The notes: a model not told the origin generated them from the letters alone. A DNA stretch of 64,000 bases from Dehalococcoidia bacterium (GCA_965197705.1 OZ240223.1:344638-408637); one strand, 5' to 3'; shown: positions 1 through 9,760, counted from the first letter of the stretch. Made by a program: numbers and translations.

Positions 1-106
1 GGCCGGCCGCGTCTTCCTGCTCGCGTAGGTCTTTCCAAGGACACTTTGATATAATCGAAAGTAGTCGAACGGCCCTCAAGACCACTGGCCGGCTAGAGGC
101 GGTTAT

Positions 107-988
107 TTGCAGACGCTCCGGTTCTTCGTCGGTCTTTCGGCGCTTTGCCTCTTAGTTACGTCATGTGGTGAGACCTCCCCTCCTGCCGAATCCACACCTC
201 TTCCGACCTTAACTCCCATACCGCCGCCTACGCCTCATTCGAAGCCTGTACCGTCCCCCTCGCCCGAACCGGAACCTGAACCCGATTCCGCTGCCGACGA
301 CGCCCCGCCCACGGCAGAGGAGTACTACCTTGCGGCAGTGGCGTACGCGGATTCCGGGGACGACGACTTCGCCATTAACCTGTTCACTAAGGCCATAGAG
401 CTCGATCCCACCTTTAGCGATGCGTACAACGACAGGGGAGCATCCCAGATGGCCTTGGAGGAATTCCCCGAAGCCGAAGCCGACTTCTCAAAGGCCATCG
501 AGCTTGAGCCGGACGACGCCGACTATTACAACAACCGTGGCGTCGCGCGCATGTCCCTGTCCGAAGTCGAGACGGCCATCGATGACTTCACCACCGCCAT
601 AGGCCTAAATCCGGCGATGATCGACGCCTACCTCAATAGGTCGATGGTCTACGTAAGGCTCCAACGGTTCGAGGAATCCCTAAACGACCTCGAGCTGATA
701 CTAAACCTCGACCCTCAATACGCCGAGGTCCACAATTATCGGGCCAGCATATTCATGGCTCTCGACCAACCACGCGACGCGCTTTACGAGCTCGACCGCC
801 TGATAGGCCTGCGACTCGCAGACCGTGATGCGCACGTTAACCGCGCCATCGTCCTTCTCTCTCTCAGGGAGGATGAGCGCGCGCAAATCGATGTGGATAT
901 TGCAATTGAACTGGGCGCCGACCCGGATCGGCTCAAGCGTACGATTGACCGCGTTCGGGCGGAGCGCGACGCTTCCGACGAACAGTAA
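107..988 (+). CDS. TPR-repeat lipoprotein
   Basis: 293-aa ORF with TTG start and GAGG upstream. Signal peptide with lipobox (LLVTS/C), Pro/Glu-rich linker, then repeated 34-aa TPR-like units (A..Y.NRG pattern recurs). Confidence 0.8.
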   Translation: MQTLRFFVGLSALCLLVTSCGETSPPAESTPLPTLTPIPPPTPHSKPVPSPSPEPEPEPDSAADDAPPTAEEYYLAAVAYADSGDDDFAINLFTKAIELDPTFSDAYNDRGASQMALEEFPEAEADFSKAIELEPDDADYYNNRGVARMSLSEVETAIDDFTTAIGLNPAMIDAYLNRSMVYVRLQRFEESLNDLELILNLDPQYAEVHNYRASIFMALDQPRDALYELDRLIGLRLADRDAHVNRAIVLLSLREDERAQIDVDIAIELGADPDRLKRTIDRVRAERDASDEQ

Positions 989-1050
989 CTTCAAGTGACA
1001 GTTACGTACCCATGCTCACAGGGAGAGACTCCGATAGGGAATCCTCACCA

Positions 1051-2184
1051 ATGACCCGCAAGGCAGCGTTCGTCTACGAAGACGCGATGTCCCGCCACAC
1101 GTTGAGCGAGACGCATCCGATGCGGCCCGTTCGATTGCGGTACACGTATGAACTGGCCGACGCTTATGGTCTGTTCGACCCGGAACGCTCGACGCTCACG
1201 CTGCCTCGCCCTGCGACCGTGGACGAAGTCTCGACCTTCCACACGCCTGAGTACATCAGCGCCGTCGAGCGAGTAGGGCAGGGCGACTTCTCCATTAACC
1301 CAATTCCGTTCAACATAGGCCCCGGCGATAACCCCGGGTACGAGGGCATGTACGACGCGGCCATGCTCTCCACTGGCGGTTCCATGCGCTGCGTCGAACT
1401 GCTGCTCGATGAGGGTTATGACGCGGCGTTCAACACATCCGGCGGCCTGCACCACGCGATGCCGGGCTATGCCTACGGCTTCTGCGTCTTCAACGACCCT
1501 GTCATTGCGATCAACGAGATGCTCCGTCGGGGACTCCGCGTCGCCTACGTCGACATCGACTGCCACCACGGCGACGGCGTGCAATACGCCTTCTACGATA
1601 CCGACCGCGTCCTCACGATCTCTCTGCATGAGACGGGCCAGTTCCTCTTTCCCGGAACGGGTTACGCCCAGGAGACCGGAACGGGCCGCGGACGCGGGTA
1701 CTCCGTCAACGTCCCGCTGTATCCGTACACCGGCGACGAGACGTACTTCTGGGCCTTCGAGCAGATCGTCTTGCCCCTACTCGACGCCTTCCGTCCCGAC
1801 GTGCTCGTCTCGCAGCTTGGCATCGACTCCCACTACCGCGATCCCATCACTCACCTCGCCCTAACGACACAGGGATTCGGCAAGGTGGTGGCAGAGTTCT
1901 CCGGCAAGGCCCCCAAGTGGCTCGCGCTAGGAGGTGGTGGCTACGATCTGCAGGCTGTGGCCAGATCATGGACACTCGCCTATGGCGTCATGTCTGAACA
2001 AGACTTGGACGACGAAATTCCCGGGTCGTACCGAACGAAGTACGGGGTCGAAACCCTCCCCGATGCGGAGGAACTCCCTGATATCGTCCACAAGGCGCAG
2101 AACGACGCGAAGACCTTCGCGGAGGCCAGTGTTGGCGCAGTGCAGGGCCTCATCTTTCCAACGCACGGAATTAGGTCGATGTAA
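1051..2184 (+). CDS. histone deacetylase-family protein (AcuC / acetylpolyamine amidohydrolase-like)
   Basis: ORF track gives 1012..2184; ATG 1051 preferred, so the start is uncertain. HDAC motifs GGLHHA, DIDCHHGDGVQ, GGGGY. Confidence 0.9.
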   Translation: MTRKAAFVYEDAMSRHTLSETHPMRPVRLRYTYELADAYGLFDPERSTLTLPRPATVDEVSTFHTPEYISAVERVGQGDFSINPIPFNIGPGDNPGYEGMYDAAMLSTGGSMRCVELLLDEGYDAAFNTSGGLHHAMPGYAYGFCVFNDPVIAINEMLRRGLRVAYVDIDCHHGDGVQYAFYDTDRVLTISLHETGQFLFPGTGYAQETGTGRGRGYSVNVPLYPYTGDETYFWAFEQIVLPLLDAFRPDVLVSQLGIDSHYRDPITHLALTTQGFGKVVAEFSGKAPKWLALGGGGYDLQAVARSWTLAYGVMSEQDLDDEIPGSYRTKYGVETLPDAEELPDIVHKAQNDAKTFAEASVGAVQGLIFPTHGIRSM

Positions 2185-2201
2185 GAGGGTAAGATCGAAC
2201 A

Positions 2202-2230
2202 ATCTCTCCCCCGTTCGACGGGGGAGAGAT
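2202..2230 (-). repeat. core-only copy of MITE family 1 hairpin; probable bidirectional terminator
   Basis: ATCTCTCCCCCG-ttcga-CGGGGGAGAGAT (12-bp stem) followed by ACAGAGAGGGGG, the reverse orientation of the MITE-1 core. It lies in the 62-nt gap between the convergent HDAC and dnaK stops. Confidence 0.6.
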
Positions 2231-2246
2231 ACAGAGAGGGGGTGTC

Positions 2247-4157
2247 CTACTTCACCTCGCGGAACTCGCCCTCAACCGTGCTGTCATCGTCGCCGTCGGA
2301 CTCATCGGTCTTCGTTTCATCCACGTCATCGGCTGAGGCCTCAGCGCCTCCCTGCTGGCTGTAAACGGCCTGGCCGACCGCTTGAAGGGCAGTGTTGAGT
2401 TCCTCCATCGACGACTTGATCCGGTCGGTGTCGTCGTCGGAGATGGCGGCTCGGACGGCGGCGATCTTGCCGTTGATGTCTTCCTTCATCTCCTCCGGTA
2501 TCTTGTCTTCGTTCTCCTTGACGAGCTTCTCCGCGGCGAAGGCCGAGTTCTCCGCGGCGTTGCGTGTCTCCACTCGTTCGCGCTGTTGCCTGTCTTCCTC
2601 CGCGTGCTCCTCGGCATCGCGCACCATCTGGTCGACCTCGTCGTCGTTGAGACCGGAGCTGGCCGTTATGGTGATCTTCTGCTCCTTGCCCGTGCCCTTG
2701 TCCTTGGCGGAGACGTTCAGGATGCCGTTCGCGTCTATGTCGAACGTGACCTCGATCTGCGGGACTCCCCTCGGCGCGGGCAGGATGCCGTCAAGCATGA
2801 AGCGTCCGATGCTCTTGTTGTTGCTTGCCATATCGCGCTCGCCCTGGAGCACGTGGACCTCGACGCTCGTCTGGCCGTCGGCCGCCGTCGTGAACGTCTC
2901 CGTCTTCGCCGTCGGGATGGTCGTGTTGCGCTGGATGAGGGCCGTCGACACGCCACCGAGCGTCTCGATTCCCAGGGTTAGCGGCGTCACGTCCAGCAGG
3001 AGTAGGTCCTGCACGTCGCCCTGCAGGATGCCCGCCTGGATCGCCGCGCCCACCGCCACGACCTCGTCGGGGTTCACGCCCTGGTGCGCTTCCTTGCCGA
3101 AGAGGTCCTGCACGGCCTTCTGCACCGCCGGCATTCTCGTCATTCCCCCGACGAGGATCACCTCGTCTATGCCGCCCGCGTCGACCTCCGCGTCCTTGAG
3201 GGCCTGTCTGCAGGGGCCGATGGAATTCTCTACGAGATCGCCTACGAGCTGCTCCAGCTTCGACCTAGAGAGGCTCATCACCAGGTGTTTCGGCCCGGAG
3301 GCATCCGCGGTGATAAACGGCAGGTTGATCTCCGTCTCCATGAGCGACGAGAGCTCGATCTTCGCCTTCTCCGCCGCCTCACGCAGCCGCTGGAGGGCCA
3401 TGCGGTCGTTCGCGAGGTCGATGCCCTGATCGCGCTTGAACTCCTCGACGATCCAGTCCATGATGCGCTGGTCGAAGTCGTCGCCGCCGAGGTGCGTGTC
3501 CCCGTTCGTCGACTTGACCTCGAACACGCCCTCTCCGATCTGGAGGATCGTGATGTCGAACGTGCCGCCTCCAAGGTCGTACACGGCGATGGTCTCTTCG
3601 CCCTTCTTGTCGAGTCCGTAGGCGAGCGAGGCCGCCGTCGGCTCGTTGATGATGCGCAGCACCTCCAGCCCCGCGATGCGACCCGCGTCCTTCGTGGCGT
3701 TCCGCTGGCTGTCGTTGAAGTAGGCGGGAACCGTGATGACGGCTTGAGTAATCGTCTCGCCCAGCTTGGCTTCGGCGTCCTGCTTGAGCTTCTGCAGGAT
3801 CATCGCCGACATCTCCGGCGGCGCGTAGCTCTTATCGCCCATGACTACGTATGCGTCCCCGTTGGCGTGCTTGTCGACCTTGAAGGGCACGAGCTTTTGG
3901 TCACGCTGCACGCTGTCCTCGGCGTACCGGCGGCCCATGAACCGCTTGACTGAGAAGATCGTGTTCTCCGAGTTTGTCACGGCCTGCCGCTTCGCGGTCG
4001 TCCCGACGTAGCGCTCGCCGCTCTTCGGGTTGATCGCCGACACGGACGGGGTGGTCCGGCCTCCCTCCGCGTTCTCGATCACACGAGGTTCGCCACCCTC
4101 GATCACGGCCATGCACGAGTTGGTCGTGCCCAGATCGATTCCCAAAATCTTCGCCAT
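2247..4157 (-). CDS. dnaK: molecular chaperone DnaK (Hsp70)
   Basis: 636 aa. Hsp70 signatures [27 protein letters not shown]; acidic C-terminal tail. Confidence 0.98.
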   Translation of the reverse strand: MAKILGIDLGTTNSCMAVIEGGEPRVIENAEGGRTTPSVSAINPKSGERYVGTTAKRQAVTNSENTIFSVKRFMGRRYAEDSVQRDQKLVPFKVDKHANGDAYVVMGDKSYAPPEMSAMILQKLKQDAEAKLGETITQAVITVPAYFNDSQRNATKDAGRIAGLEVLRIINEPTAASLAYGLDKKGEETIAVYDLGGGTFDITILQIGEGVFEVKSTNGDTHLGGDDFDQRIMDWIVEEFKRDQGIDLANDRMALQRLREAAEKAKIELSSLMETEINLPFITADASGPKHLVMSLSRSKLEQLVGDLVENSIGPCRQALKDAEVDAGGIDEVILVGGMTRMPAVQKAVQDLFGKEAHQGVNPDEVVAVGAAIQAGILQGDVQDLLLLDVTPLTLGIETLGGVSTALIQRNTTIPTAKTETFTTAADGQTSVEVHVLQGERDMASNNKSIGRFMLDGILPAPRGVPQIEVTFDIDANGILNVSAKDKGTGKEQKITITASSGLNDDEVDQMVRDAEEHAEEDRQQRERVETRNAAENSAFAAEKLVKENEDKIPEEMKEDINGKIAAVRAAISDDDTDRIKSSMEELNTALQAVGQAVYSQQGGAEASADDVDETKTDESDGDDDSTVEGEFREVK

Positions 4158-4759
4158 TACGCTGTCTCCTTGTCGCTGTTCGTTTCGTTGGAATCATCGG
4201 TTTCAGGCTGCTCCGGACGCTTGGCCACCACGACCTGCGCGGCCCGGAGCACAAGGTCTCTGTACATATACCCTTCCTTGAATACCTCGACCACCGTCCC
4301 CTCGTCGCCGTCCTCCGTCTCCCGGAACAGGAGCGCCTCGGCGAATGCGGGGTCGTAGGGCTTTCCCAGGGTCTCGACCTTGGTCACGCCTTCGGCGTCC
4401 AGCGTGTTCACGACATTACGTCGTACAAGCTCGATGCCCTCACTCCATCCAGCCGACTGATCACCGGGGATCATCGCCAGGGCACGGTCCAGATCGTCCA
4501 CGGTCGAGAGCATCTTCACCAGCAGCGTGGACTTCGCGTTCCGCCGTATCTCGTCTTTCTCCTCTTCGGCTCGCCTGCGGTAGTTTACGAGGTCGGCCTG
4601 CGCTCGGGCCGCTATGCCCTTGAACTGCTCGCGCTCGCGCTCGGCCTCTTCGAGACGCGCCTGAAGATCGTCGGCCTCATCGCCGGCCAGGTTATCGTCC
4701 TCGCCGCCTTGCGACGAGACATCCTCCGCTTCCTCCCCATGACTACTCATTTCCACCAC
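4157..4759 (-). CDS. grpE: nucleotide exchange factor GrpE
   Basis: 200 aa. Acidic N-terminus, coiled-coil, GrpE C-terminal beta domain ([16 protein letters not shown]). The stop overlaps the dnaK start (TAATG). Confidence 0.9.
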   Translation of the reverse strand: MVEMSSHGEEAEDVSSQGGEDDNLAGDEADDLQARLEEAEREREQFKGIAARAQADLVNYRRRAEEEKDEIRRNAKSTLLVKMLSTVDDLDRALAMIPGDQSAGWSEGIELVRRNVVNTLDAEGVTKVETLGKPYDPAFAEALLFRETEDGDEGTVVEVFKEGYMYRDLVLRAAQVVVAKRPEQPETDDSNETNSDKETA

Positions 4760-4800
4760 CTTTTGACATCTTTGTCTGAACTTGAGAAAGCCGGTGTGCT

Positions 4801-5322
4801 CTACCGGGTCCGCCCCGAATACAGCAGGGCGATCATCTCGTCGATGCTATCGTCGAGGGCCCGCTTTGCGTCCGCGGCGTCCGCGCGCCGGATATCAGCC
4901 TTCGTCTTGAGCAGCTTGTTGAACAGTTCCAGCACGAGTTGCACTCCAGCCAGGTTCAGGCCTAGGTCGCCGACGAGGTGCTTGATGAGACGCAGCCGCG
5001 CAATGTCGAGCTCGGAGTAGAGCCGGAGCATACCCTCCGTGCGAGTCGGCCTGACGAGCCCGGCGCGCTCGTACTTGCGGAGCGTCTGCGGGTGCATTTC
5101 GAGAATGCGCGCCGCGACGCTGATGATGTAGACGCCGTCAATCCCCGTTCGCCCGGAGCCAGTTGACGAGCCCTGCCGTCCGCGCGAACGGGCCGACTCA
5201 CGCGCCCTGCTTGCCTCTTCGATGATGTCCTGCAGCGCCGTCGCTAACCCCGTAGGGAATGCCGACGTTTTATTGACAACACCGGAGCGGCGAACAGAGG
5301 GTCTGTCGGGATCGAACAACAT
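4801..5322 (-). CDS. hspR: MerR-family heat-shock regulator HspR-like
   Basis: 173 aa. MerR-type HTH (ISVAARILEMHPQTLRKYERAGLVRP). First gene of a same-strand hspR-grpE-dnaK series. Confidence 0.75.
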   Translation of the reverse strand: MLFDPDRPSVRRSGVVNKTSAFPTGLATALQDIIEEASRARESARSRGRQGSSTGSGRTGIDGVYIISVAARILEMHPQTLRKYERAGLVRPTRTEGMLRLYSELDIARLRLIKHLVGDLGLNLAGVQLVLELFNKLLKTKADIRRADAADAKRALDDSIDEMIALLYSGRTR

Positions 5323-5375
5323 GCTAACTCAATCGGTCTGGACTACGTTATAGGGTTACGAAGCACATTGTATAA

Positions 5376-5396
5376 CTTGATACAAAGTATGTCAAG
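5376..5396. promoter_or_regulatory. HAIR-like inverted repeat (candidate HspR operator)
   Basis: CTTGAtacaaagtatgTCAAG = CTTGA-N11-TCAAG. This is the same half-site spacing as the HspR-associated inverted repeat CTTGAGT-N7-ACTCAAG. It lies 54 nt upstream of the hspR start. Confidence 0.45.
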
Positions 5397-5428
5397 GGAG
5401 TTGATTGTGGATCAGGGCGGTTCCGTTG

Positions 5429-5453
5429 ATCTCTCCTCCGGCGGGGGAGAGAT
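5429..5453 (-). repeat. degenerate core-only copy of MITE family 1 hairpin
   Basis: ATCTCTCCTCCG-g-CGGGGGAGAGAT then ACAGAGAGGGGG. One stem mismatch relative to the copies at 2202 and 9736. Confidence 0.4.
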
Positions 5454-5586
5454 ACAGAGAGGGGGAGTACAGGACGGCGGAAACTTCTCGAACGCCGAAA
5501 TCGTCCACCTATCGCGAGGGTCAACTCCCAAACGCGAGGAATCTGAAAGTCTATCGAGCTTGACCGAAACGGAAGGAGGCGTCGAA

Positions 5587-5793
5587 ATGATTATGTTCAA
5601 GGCTTGTCCAAGGTGTCAGGGCGACATGCACGAGAATAAGGATATGTACGGCGAGTACCGAGAGTGCCTGATGTGCGGCTACATGGCCGACTTACGCAAG
5701 CCCGGACTCTTCGGCATGGAGATGGCCCCTGCCCCCAAGAAGGTATCCAAGCGCCCTAGCCGAGCGCGTACATCCACGATTCGGGCGGCATAG
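5587..5793 (+). CDS. small zinc-ribbon protein (unknown function)
   Basis: ORF track gives 5368..5793, but the first 73 codons run through the repeat hairpin. ATG 5587 gives 68 aa with CPRC-x16-CLMC and a basic tail. Followed by an intrinsic terminator. Confidence 0.5.
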   Translation: MIMFKACPRCQGDMHENKDMYGEYRECLMCGYMADLRKPGLFGMEMAPAPKKVSKRPSRARTSTIRAA

Positions 5794-5831
5794 CAGGAAC
5801 CGGCCACGCCGGTCATCCGGCCAAAACCAGA

Positions 5832-5866
5832 GGCCCTTTCGTACCTCGCGCGAAAGGGCCTTTTCT
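5832..5866. terminator. Rho-independent terminator, probably bidirectional
   Basis: GGCCCTTTCG-9 nt loop-CGAAAGGGCC followed by TTTTCT. An A-rich run upstream gives a T-run on the other strand. Sits between the convergent ORFs 5587..5793 and 5909..6265. Confidence 0.7.
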
Positions 5867-5908
5867 ATTCAGTCGCACCGACGGAGGAATGGGAAGGGAT
5901 TGTGATTC

Positions 5909-6265
5909 TCATGGCGACACAATGGCCCGTTGAAGCTCATTGATCAAAACGAAGATCCGCAAGAAGTATGCCTCGGCATTGGCAAGCCGTCGCTTCGCTT
6001 CACCATGCATTCCTGTCAGGTTCTTGATTAATTCCGCGGGATTCGCGGATGGGTCTTCGCTCTGCGCCCTCCTAGCCGCTTGAAGCAGTGTTTCATACCC
6101 TGCCAAGTCCTCCGACAATGCGAATTGCAAGTACGTCTTTAGCTCAGAAGTGTCGTCGCTCCATCCGGCTATGCCTTCGGCCTCCCTAATCAACCAATCT
6201 TGCCGTTTGATAACGTTTTCCAGGACGGCAAATATGCGGTCGAATTCGCGTGTCTGAATCTCCAC
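5909..6265 (-). CDS. hypothetical protein
   Basis: 118 aa, GTG start (the frame stays open upstream to 6394 with no other start codon). Helical by composition, no motif recognised. AT-richer than the surroundings by eye. Confidence 0.45.
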   Translation of the reverse strand: MEIQTREFDRIFAVLENVIKRQDWLIREAEGIAGWSDDTSELKTYLQFALSEDLAGYETLLQAARRAQSEDPSANPAELIKNLTGMHGEAKRRLANAEAYFLRIFVLINELQRAIVSP

Positions 6266-6397
6266 ACCTACGATATCGAACTCGTCCCTGATCAGCTGTC
6301 TCTGGTGCTGAAGTTTTCGGAAGGTTGAGTCAAATGAATCCAGCGCGAGTCGCTCACTTTCGTCCGGAGGTTCAGGCGTCGGGTTGGGGGTGGGAAC

Positions 6398-6544
6398 TCA
6401 AACCGTCACCTCATTGGGCGAGGTGGCCGCCACCGTGGACATGGGAGTAATCTGAACGGGCTCATTTGCACGCCCACAAGCGACGGCGATCCAGACAATA
6501 GCCGGAATCAGTAACAATAGGCCGCCAATCGCTTGTACCGACAT
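6398..6544 (-). CDS. possible small single-pass membrane protein
   Basis: 48-aa ORF (ATG 6544) about 50 nt downstream of the Moco oxidoreductase gene. One hydrophobic helix (AIGGLLLLIPAIVWIAVA). Weak call. Confidence 0.3.
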   Translation of the reverse strand: MSVQAIGGLLLLIPAIVWIAVACGRANEPVQITPMSTVAATSPNEVTV

Positions 6545-6594
6545 GTCTTGTGAGCGTGAATGATCGTGCTTCGACGAAATCGGGAGAAGGACGC

Positions 6595-7206
6595 CTACCA
6601 GAAGCTGCCGAAGCGCTCCTCTTTCCAGGGGTCGGCTTCCATGTGGTAGCCGCGCTGCTCCCAGAAGCCGGGACGGTCGCGGTCCATGAGTTCGATGCCG
6701 TTGACCCACTTGGCGCTCTTCCACGCGTACTTCTTGGGCACGACCAGGCGCAGAGGCCCGCCGTGGTCGCGGTCGAGAGGGGCACCGTCGTGGTTGTACG
6801 CGAAGAGCACGTCGTCGTCGTTGAGAACGTCGAGGGCGAGGTTGGTCGTGTAGCCGCCGAAGCAGTGCACCATAACATGGGACGCCTCCGGCTTCGGGTC
6901 GACGAGGCCCATCACCTCGGAGAACGACACGCCCTCCCAGGTGTTCTCGAGACGGCTCCACTGCGTCACACAGTGAAACTCCGAATCGATGGTGACCTTG
7001 GGCAGGGACATGAACTCCTCCCAGTTCAGCGACTTCTCCTGGCCCACCAGACCGAAGATATCGAACCGCCACGTATCGAGGTCGATCCTCGGCGGCGCGT
7101 CGAACGTCATGACGGGCCACTTCTCGGTAACGTATTGGCCGGGCGGTGCTGTGACACCCTCCTGCTTCTTGATCGGCTTTGCGCCCGTGAGCCTCTTGAA
7201 CAGCAT
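6595..7206 (-). CDS. sulfite-oxidase-like molybdopterin oxidoreductase (YedY/MsrP-like catalytic domain)
   Basis: 203 aa. Motifs FHCVTQWS, GGPLRLVVP, KSAKWV typical of the oxidoreductase molybdopterin-binding domain. Confidence 0.8.
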   Translation of the reverse strand: MLFKRLTGAKPIKKQEGVTAPPGQYVTEKWPVMTFDAPPRIDLDTWRFDIFGLVGQEKSLNWEEFMSLPKVTIDSEFHCVTQWSRLENTWEGVSFSEVMGLVDPKPEASHVMVHCFGGYTTNLALDVLNDDDVLFAYNHDGAPLDRDHGGPLRLVVPKKYAWKSAKWVNGIELMDRDRPGFWEQRGYHMEADPWKEERFGSFW

Positions 7207-7419
7207 ATTCTAAATACCTCTCACTCAGGAGTATGGGGATTCGATCACGACGTTACCGCGTCCGGCCGCCGCAATCATACTATACAACGTCTTCCGGCAG
7301 CCGAAGGACTGTATGTCCGATAAGGGTGTGACGAGAGTTCACCCAATTGTTATGGTTTCGCCCTAAGGTCGAGTCGCTGGGGCAGTGCGATATACTTCTT
7401 TCCTACAGGAGCAACGCCT

Positions 7420-7755
7420 ATGACTAGCGAGGAGACCGTCACCTTAAAGAAGACGGAGTACGATGCTCTCATCAGCCGCAACGATGAGCTTGAGGACAGG
7501 CTGGCCGCTCTCGACGCGGACGACGGGACTCGTGTGCCCCATGAAGTTGCTCTCGCCATAATTCGTGGTAAGAGTCCTATCCTCGCGTTTCGCAACCACC
7601 GGGGCCTTACATTGCGGGAACTCTCGGACAAGACCGGAATCGCCGCGAGCTATCTGTCGGAGAACGAGCGTGGGCACAAGAACGGCTCAGCTTCTGCCCT
7701 AGCCCGAATCGCCAGCGCGTTTGGCACTACTATCGACGTCCTTATCATCGAATAG
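7420..7755 (+). CDS. XRE-family HTH transcriptional regulator
   Basis: 111 aa. N-terminal coiled-coil, C-terminal HTH_3 motif (LRELSDKTGIAASYLSENERG). Confidence 0.75.
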   Translation: MTSEETVTLKKTEYDALISRNDELEDRLAALDADDGTRVPHEVALAIIRGKSPILAFRNHRGLTLRELSDKTGIAASYLSENERGHKNGSASALARIASAFGTTIDVLIIE

Positions 7756-7915
7756 ATGACGTTCTTCCGTCCGAAATGATGACGGCTCAGGGGCTAGGCA
7801 CTGGAAAGCTCATCTAAGCGACTCTGATTTCGCGGTCCCGCGTCAACCCACTGCCTTCCTCCCAACCAACTGGCGTATAATTGCGCGAAATCGGCTCGGG
7901 GGAGATATCGGCACT

Positions 7916-8746
7916 ATGGAGCAGCTGCGCATATTGAACATCGGCGGGCACCCCAAGGACTGCATCCTGTATGCAGGCGGGACCGTCGCGAAGCACGTCC
8001 AGAGGGGCGACCACGTTACCATCCTGACCCCCTACACCGGCATGTCACACCACCTGACCGGCATCAACGCCTACCGCGAGTCGGGGGCCATGCCCGATAT
8101 GGAGGAGCTCGTCGCGGATCGGCGGCGGGAGCTGGAAGAGGCCTCCGCCGTGCTGGGAGTCACCGACGTACGCTTCCTCGGCTACGACGATTCCATAACC
8201 ACCATCCAGCCGGAGATCGTCAGCGACATTGCCGACGTGATCGGCGAGATAGCCCCGCACGTCGTCATCACCCACTGGCCGCACGACACGGTTGGCGCTC
8301 ACGCCCTCGCCACGCAGATGCTTCTCGTAGCAACCGACACCGCTGCGGGGATCCGCGAGGGAAAGAGCTACGCCCCGACCGGCGGAGATACCGGAGGCTG
8401 GACGGCCCAAATCTTCTACCACGACCAGCGAGGGCGCACCAACGTCCTCGAAAGCCTAAACCCCAGGATGCCGGATACCATCATCGACATCTCCGATGTC
8501 GTCAAGCTCAAGGCCGAGGCGATGAACAAGTTCACCTCCCAGCACTACTCCGAGGGTGGCGGTCTCCAGCGCAAGCTGGGCGAGGTCCTCGACGGCGGAA
8601 TAGCCGCGCTTCACACTCGCGTTCCGTATGCCGAAGCCTTCCTGAGACACAACCCCGAACTGCACGAGTACCTTCCGGTCAGCGAGTACGGCATGAAGAT
8701 ATCGCGGGAGACCACGACAGAGTTCGTCTCCCGGATGGTGCTTTAG
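7916..8746 (+). CDS. PIG-L/LmbE-family deacetylase
   Basis: 276 aa. N-terminal IGGHPKD (HPxD) and later HWPHD motifs typical of the LmbE-like fold. Confidence 0.65.
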   Translation: MEQLRILNIGGHPKDCILYAGGTVAKHVQRGDHVTILTPYTGMSHHLTGINAYRESGAMPDMEELVADRRRELEEASAVLGVTDVRFLGYDDSITTIQPEIVSDIADVIGEIAPHVVITHWPHDTVGAHALATQMLLVATDTAAGIREGKSYAPTGGDTGGWTAQIFYHDQRGRTNVLESLNPRMPDTIIDISDVVKLKAEAMNKFTSQHYSEGGGLQRKLGEVLDGGIAALHTRVPYAEAFLRHNPELHEYLPVSEYGMKISRETTTEFVSRMVL

Positions 8747-9724
8747 GTGAGGGCCGCGCAGTTGGTCGGTCCCCGAAACTTTGAAATCGTCGACGCAGCT
8801 ATCCCGACGGTGTCCGGCGGAAACTGCCTTGTCGAGATAGAGTGCTGGTCGATCTGCGGGAGCGACATTCGCCACACCTACGGCGCCGTGCTCGACGAGC
8901 AAGACTACCCCATGCGTATCGGGCATCCCGCCCACGAGATCGCGGGCACGGTCGTGGAGACGCGCTCCGACCGCTTCCGCGAGGGCGATCGCGTCATCGT
9001 CCTGCCCACGAGCGACACGACGCTCGTCGAGTACATCGAGGCCCTGCCGGAGCGAATGATACCTCTCCCGGACAATGGTCCGATGGACGAGTGGCTCATG
9101 TGCCAGCCGTCAGGCACGGTGATCTACGGATGCCAGCAGCTTGGAACGCTGCTCGGCAAGAATGTTGTCGTGCTGGGGCAGGGCGCCATCGGCCTCTCGT
9201 TCACGGCAATTCTGTCACGTTCGGGTGTGTCGAACCTCATAGCCGTCGAACCGCTCGACTACCGCCTGGAATACTCCACCAAATTCGGCGCGACCCACGC
9301 CGTCAACCCAACGAAGACGCCGACCGAAGAGGCCGTGCTCGACATTCTCGGCGGCGAAAAGCCCGACATCATCGTAGAGGCCGCCGGCTATCCTGACACG
9401 TTGAACACGGCCCTGCGGCTCGTGAAGAGCTTCGGTATCGCGTTGATGTTCGGGATCCAGCAGAAGAGCAGGGAGCACGGCTTCACCGTCCCGATGGAGT
9501 ACAAGGACTTCCGCGGCAGCAACGCTCGCCTGAAAACCGTCGCCGCAGGGCAAACGCAGGACATCCTTTCGCACATCGAGCTCATGGTCGAGCTCAAGCA
9601 GCGCGGCTGGTGGGACCCCGCAGAGCTCATCACGCACCGCCTGCCCTTCGACGAGGTACAGCGCGCCTTCGACCTTTACGTCGACCACGACGACGGCATC
9701 GTCAAGGTGGTGATGGAGCGCTAG
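8747..9724 (+). CDS. zinc-dependent alcohol dehydrogenase (MDR family)
   Basis: 325 aa, GTG start abutting the previous stop. CGSD, (G/A)HE..G.V and GxGxxG (VVLGQGAIG) motifs. Confidence 0.85.
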   Translation: MRAAQLVGPRNFEIVDAAIPTVSGGNCLVEIECWSICGSDIRHTYGAVLDEQDYPMRIGHPAHEIAGTVVETRSDRFREGDRVIVLPTSDTTLVEYIEALPERMIPLPDNGPMDEWLMCQPSGTVIYGCQQLGTLLGKNVVVLGQGAIGLSFTAILSRSGVSNLIAVEPLDYRLEYSTKFGATHAVNPTKTPTEEAVLDILGGEKPDIIVEAAGYPDTLNTALRLVKSFGIALMFGIQQKSREHGFTVPMEYKDFRGSNARLKTVAAGQTQDILSHIELMVELKQRGWWDPAELITHRLPFDEVQRAFDLYVDHDDGIVKVVMER

Positions 9725-9735
9725 AGGACTCCACA

Positions 9736-9760
9736 ATCTCTCCCCCGCCGGGGGAGAGAT
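9736..9760 (-). repeat. core-only copy of MITE family 1 hairpin; probable bidirectional terminator
   Basis: ATCTCTCCCCC-gcc-GGGGGAGAGAT (11-bp stem) then ACAGAGAGGGGGG. Lies in the 58-nt gap between the convergent ADH and msrA stops. Confidence 0.6.

Noticed and set aside
2382-3953. Long plus-strand ORFs (199, 345 and 289 aa) inside dnaK.
   Set aside because: They are antisense shadow ORFs of a GC-rich, highly conserved gene. Their low-complexity Ser/Arg/Leu-rich translations show no motifs.
6398-7323. 240-aa minus and 257-aa plus ORFs overlapping 6595..7206.
   Set aside because: They are alternative-frame or antisense shadows of the molybdopterin oxidoreductase gene, which has clear family motifs. 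Only the last 48 codons of the 240-aa frame were kept as a weak small-ORF call.
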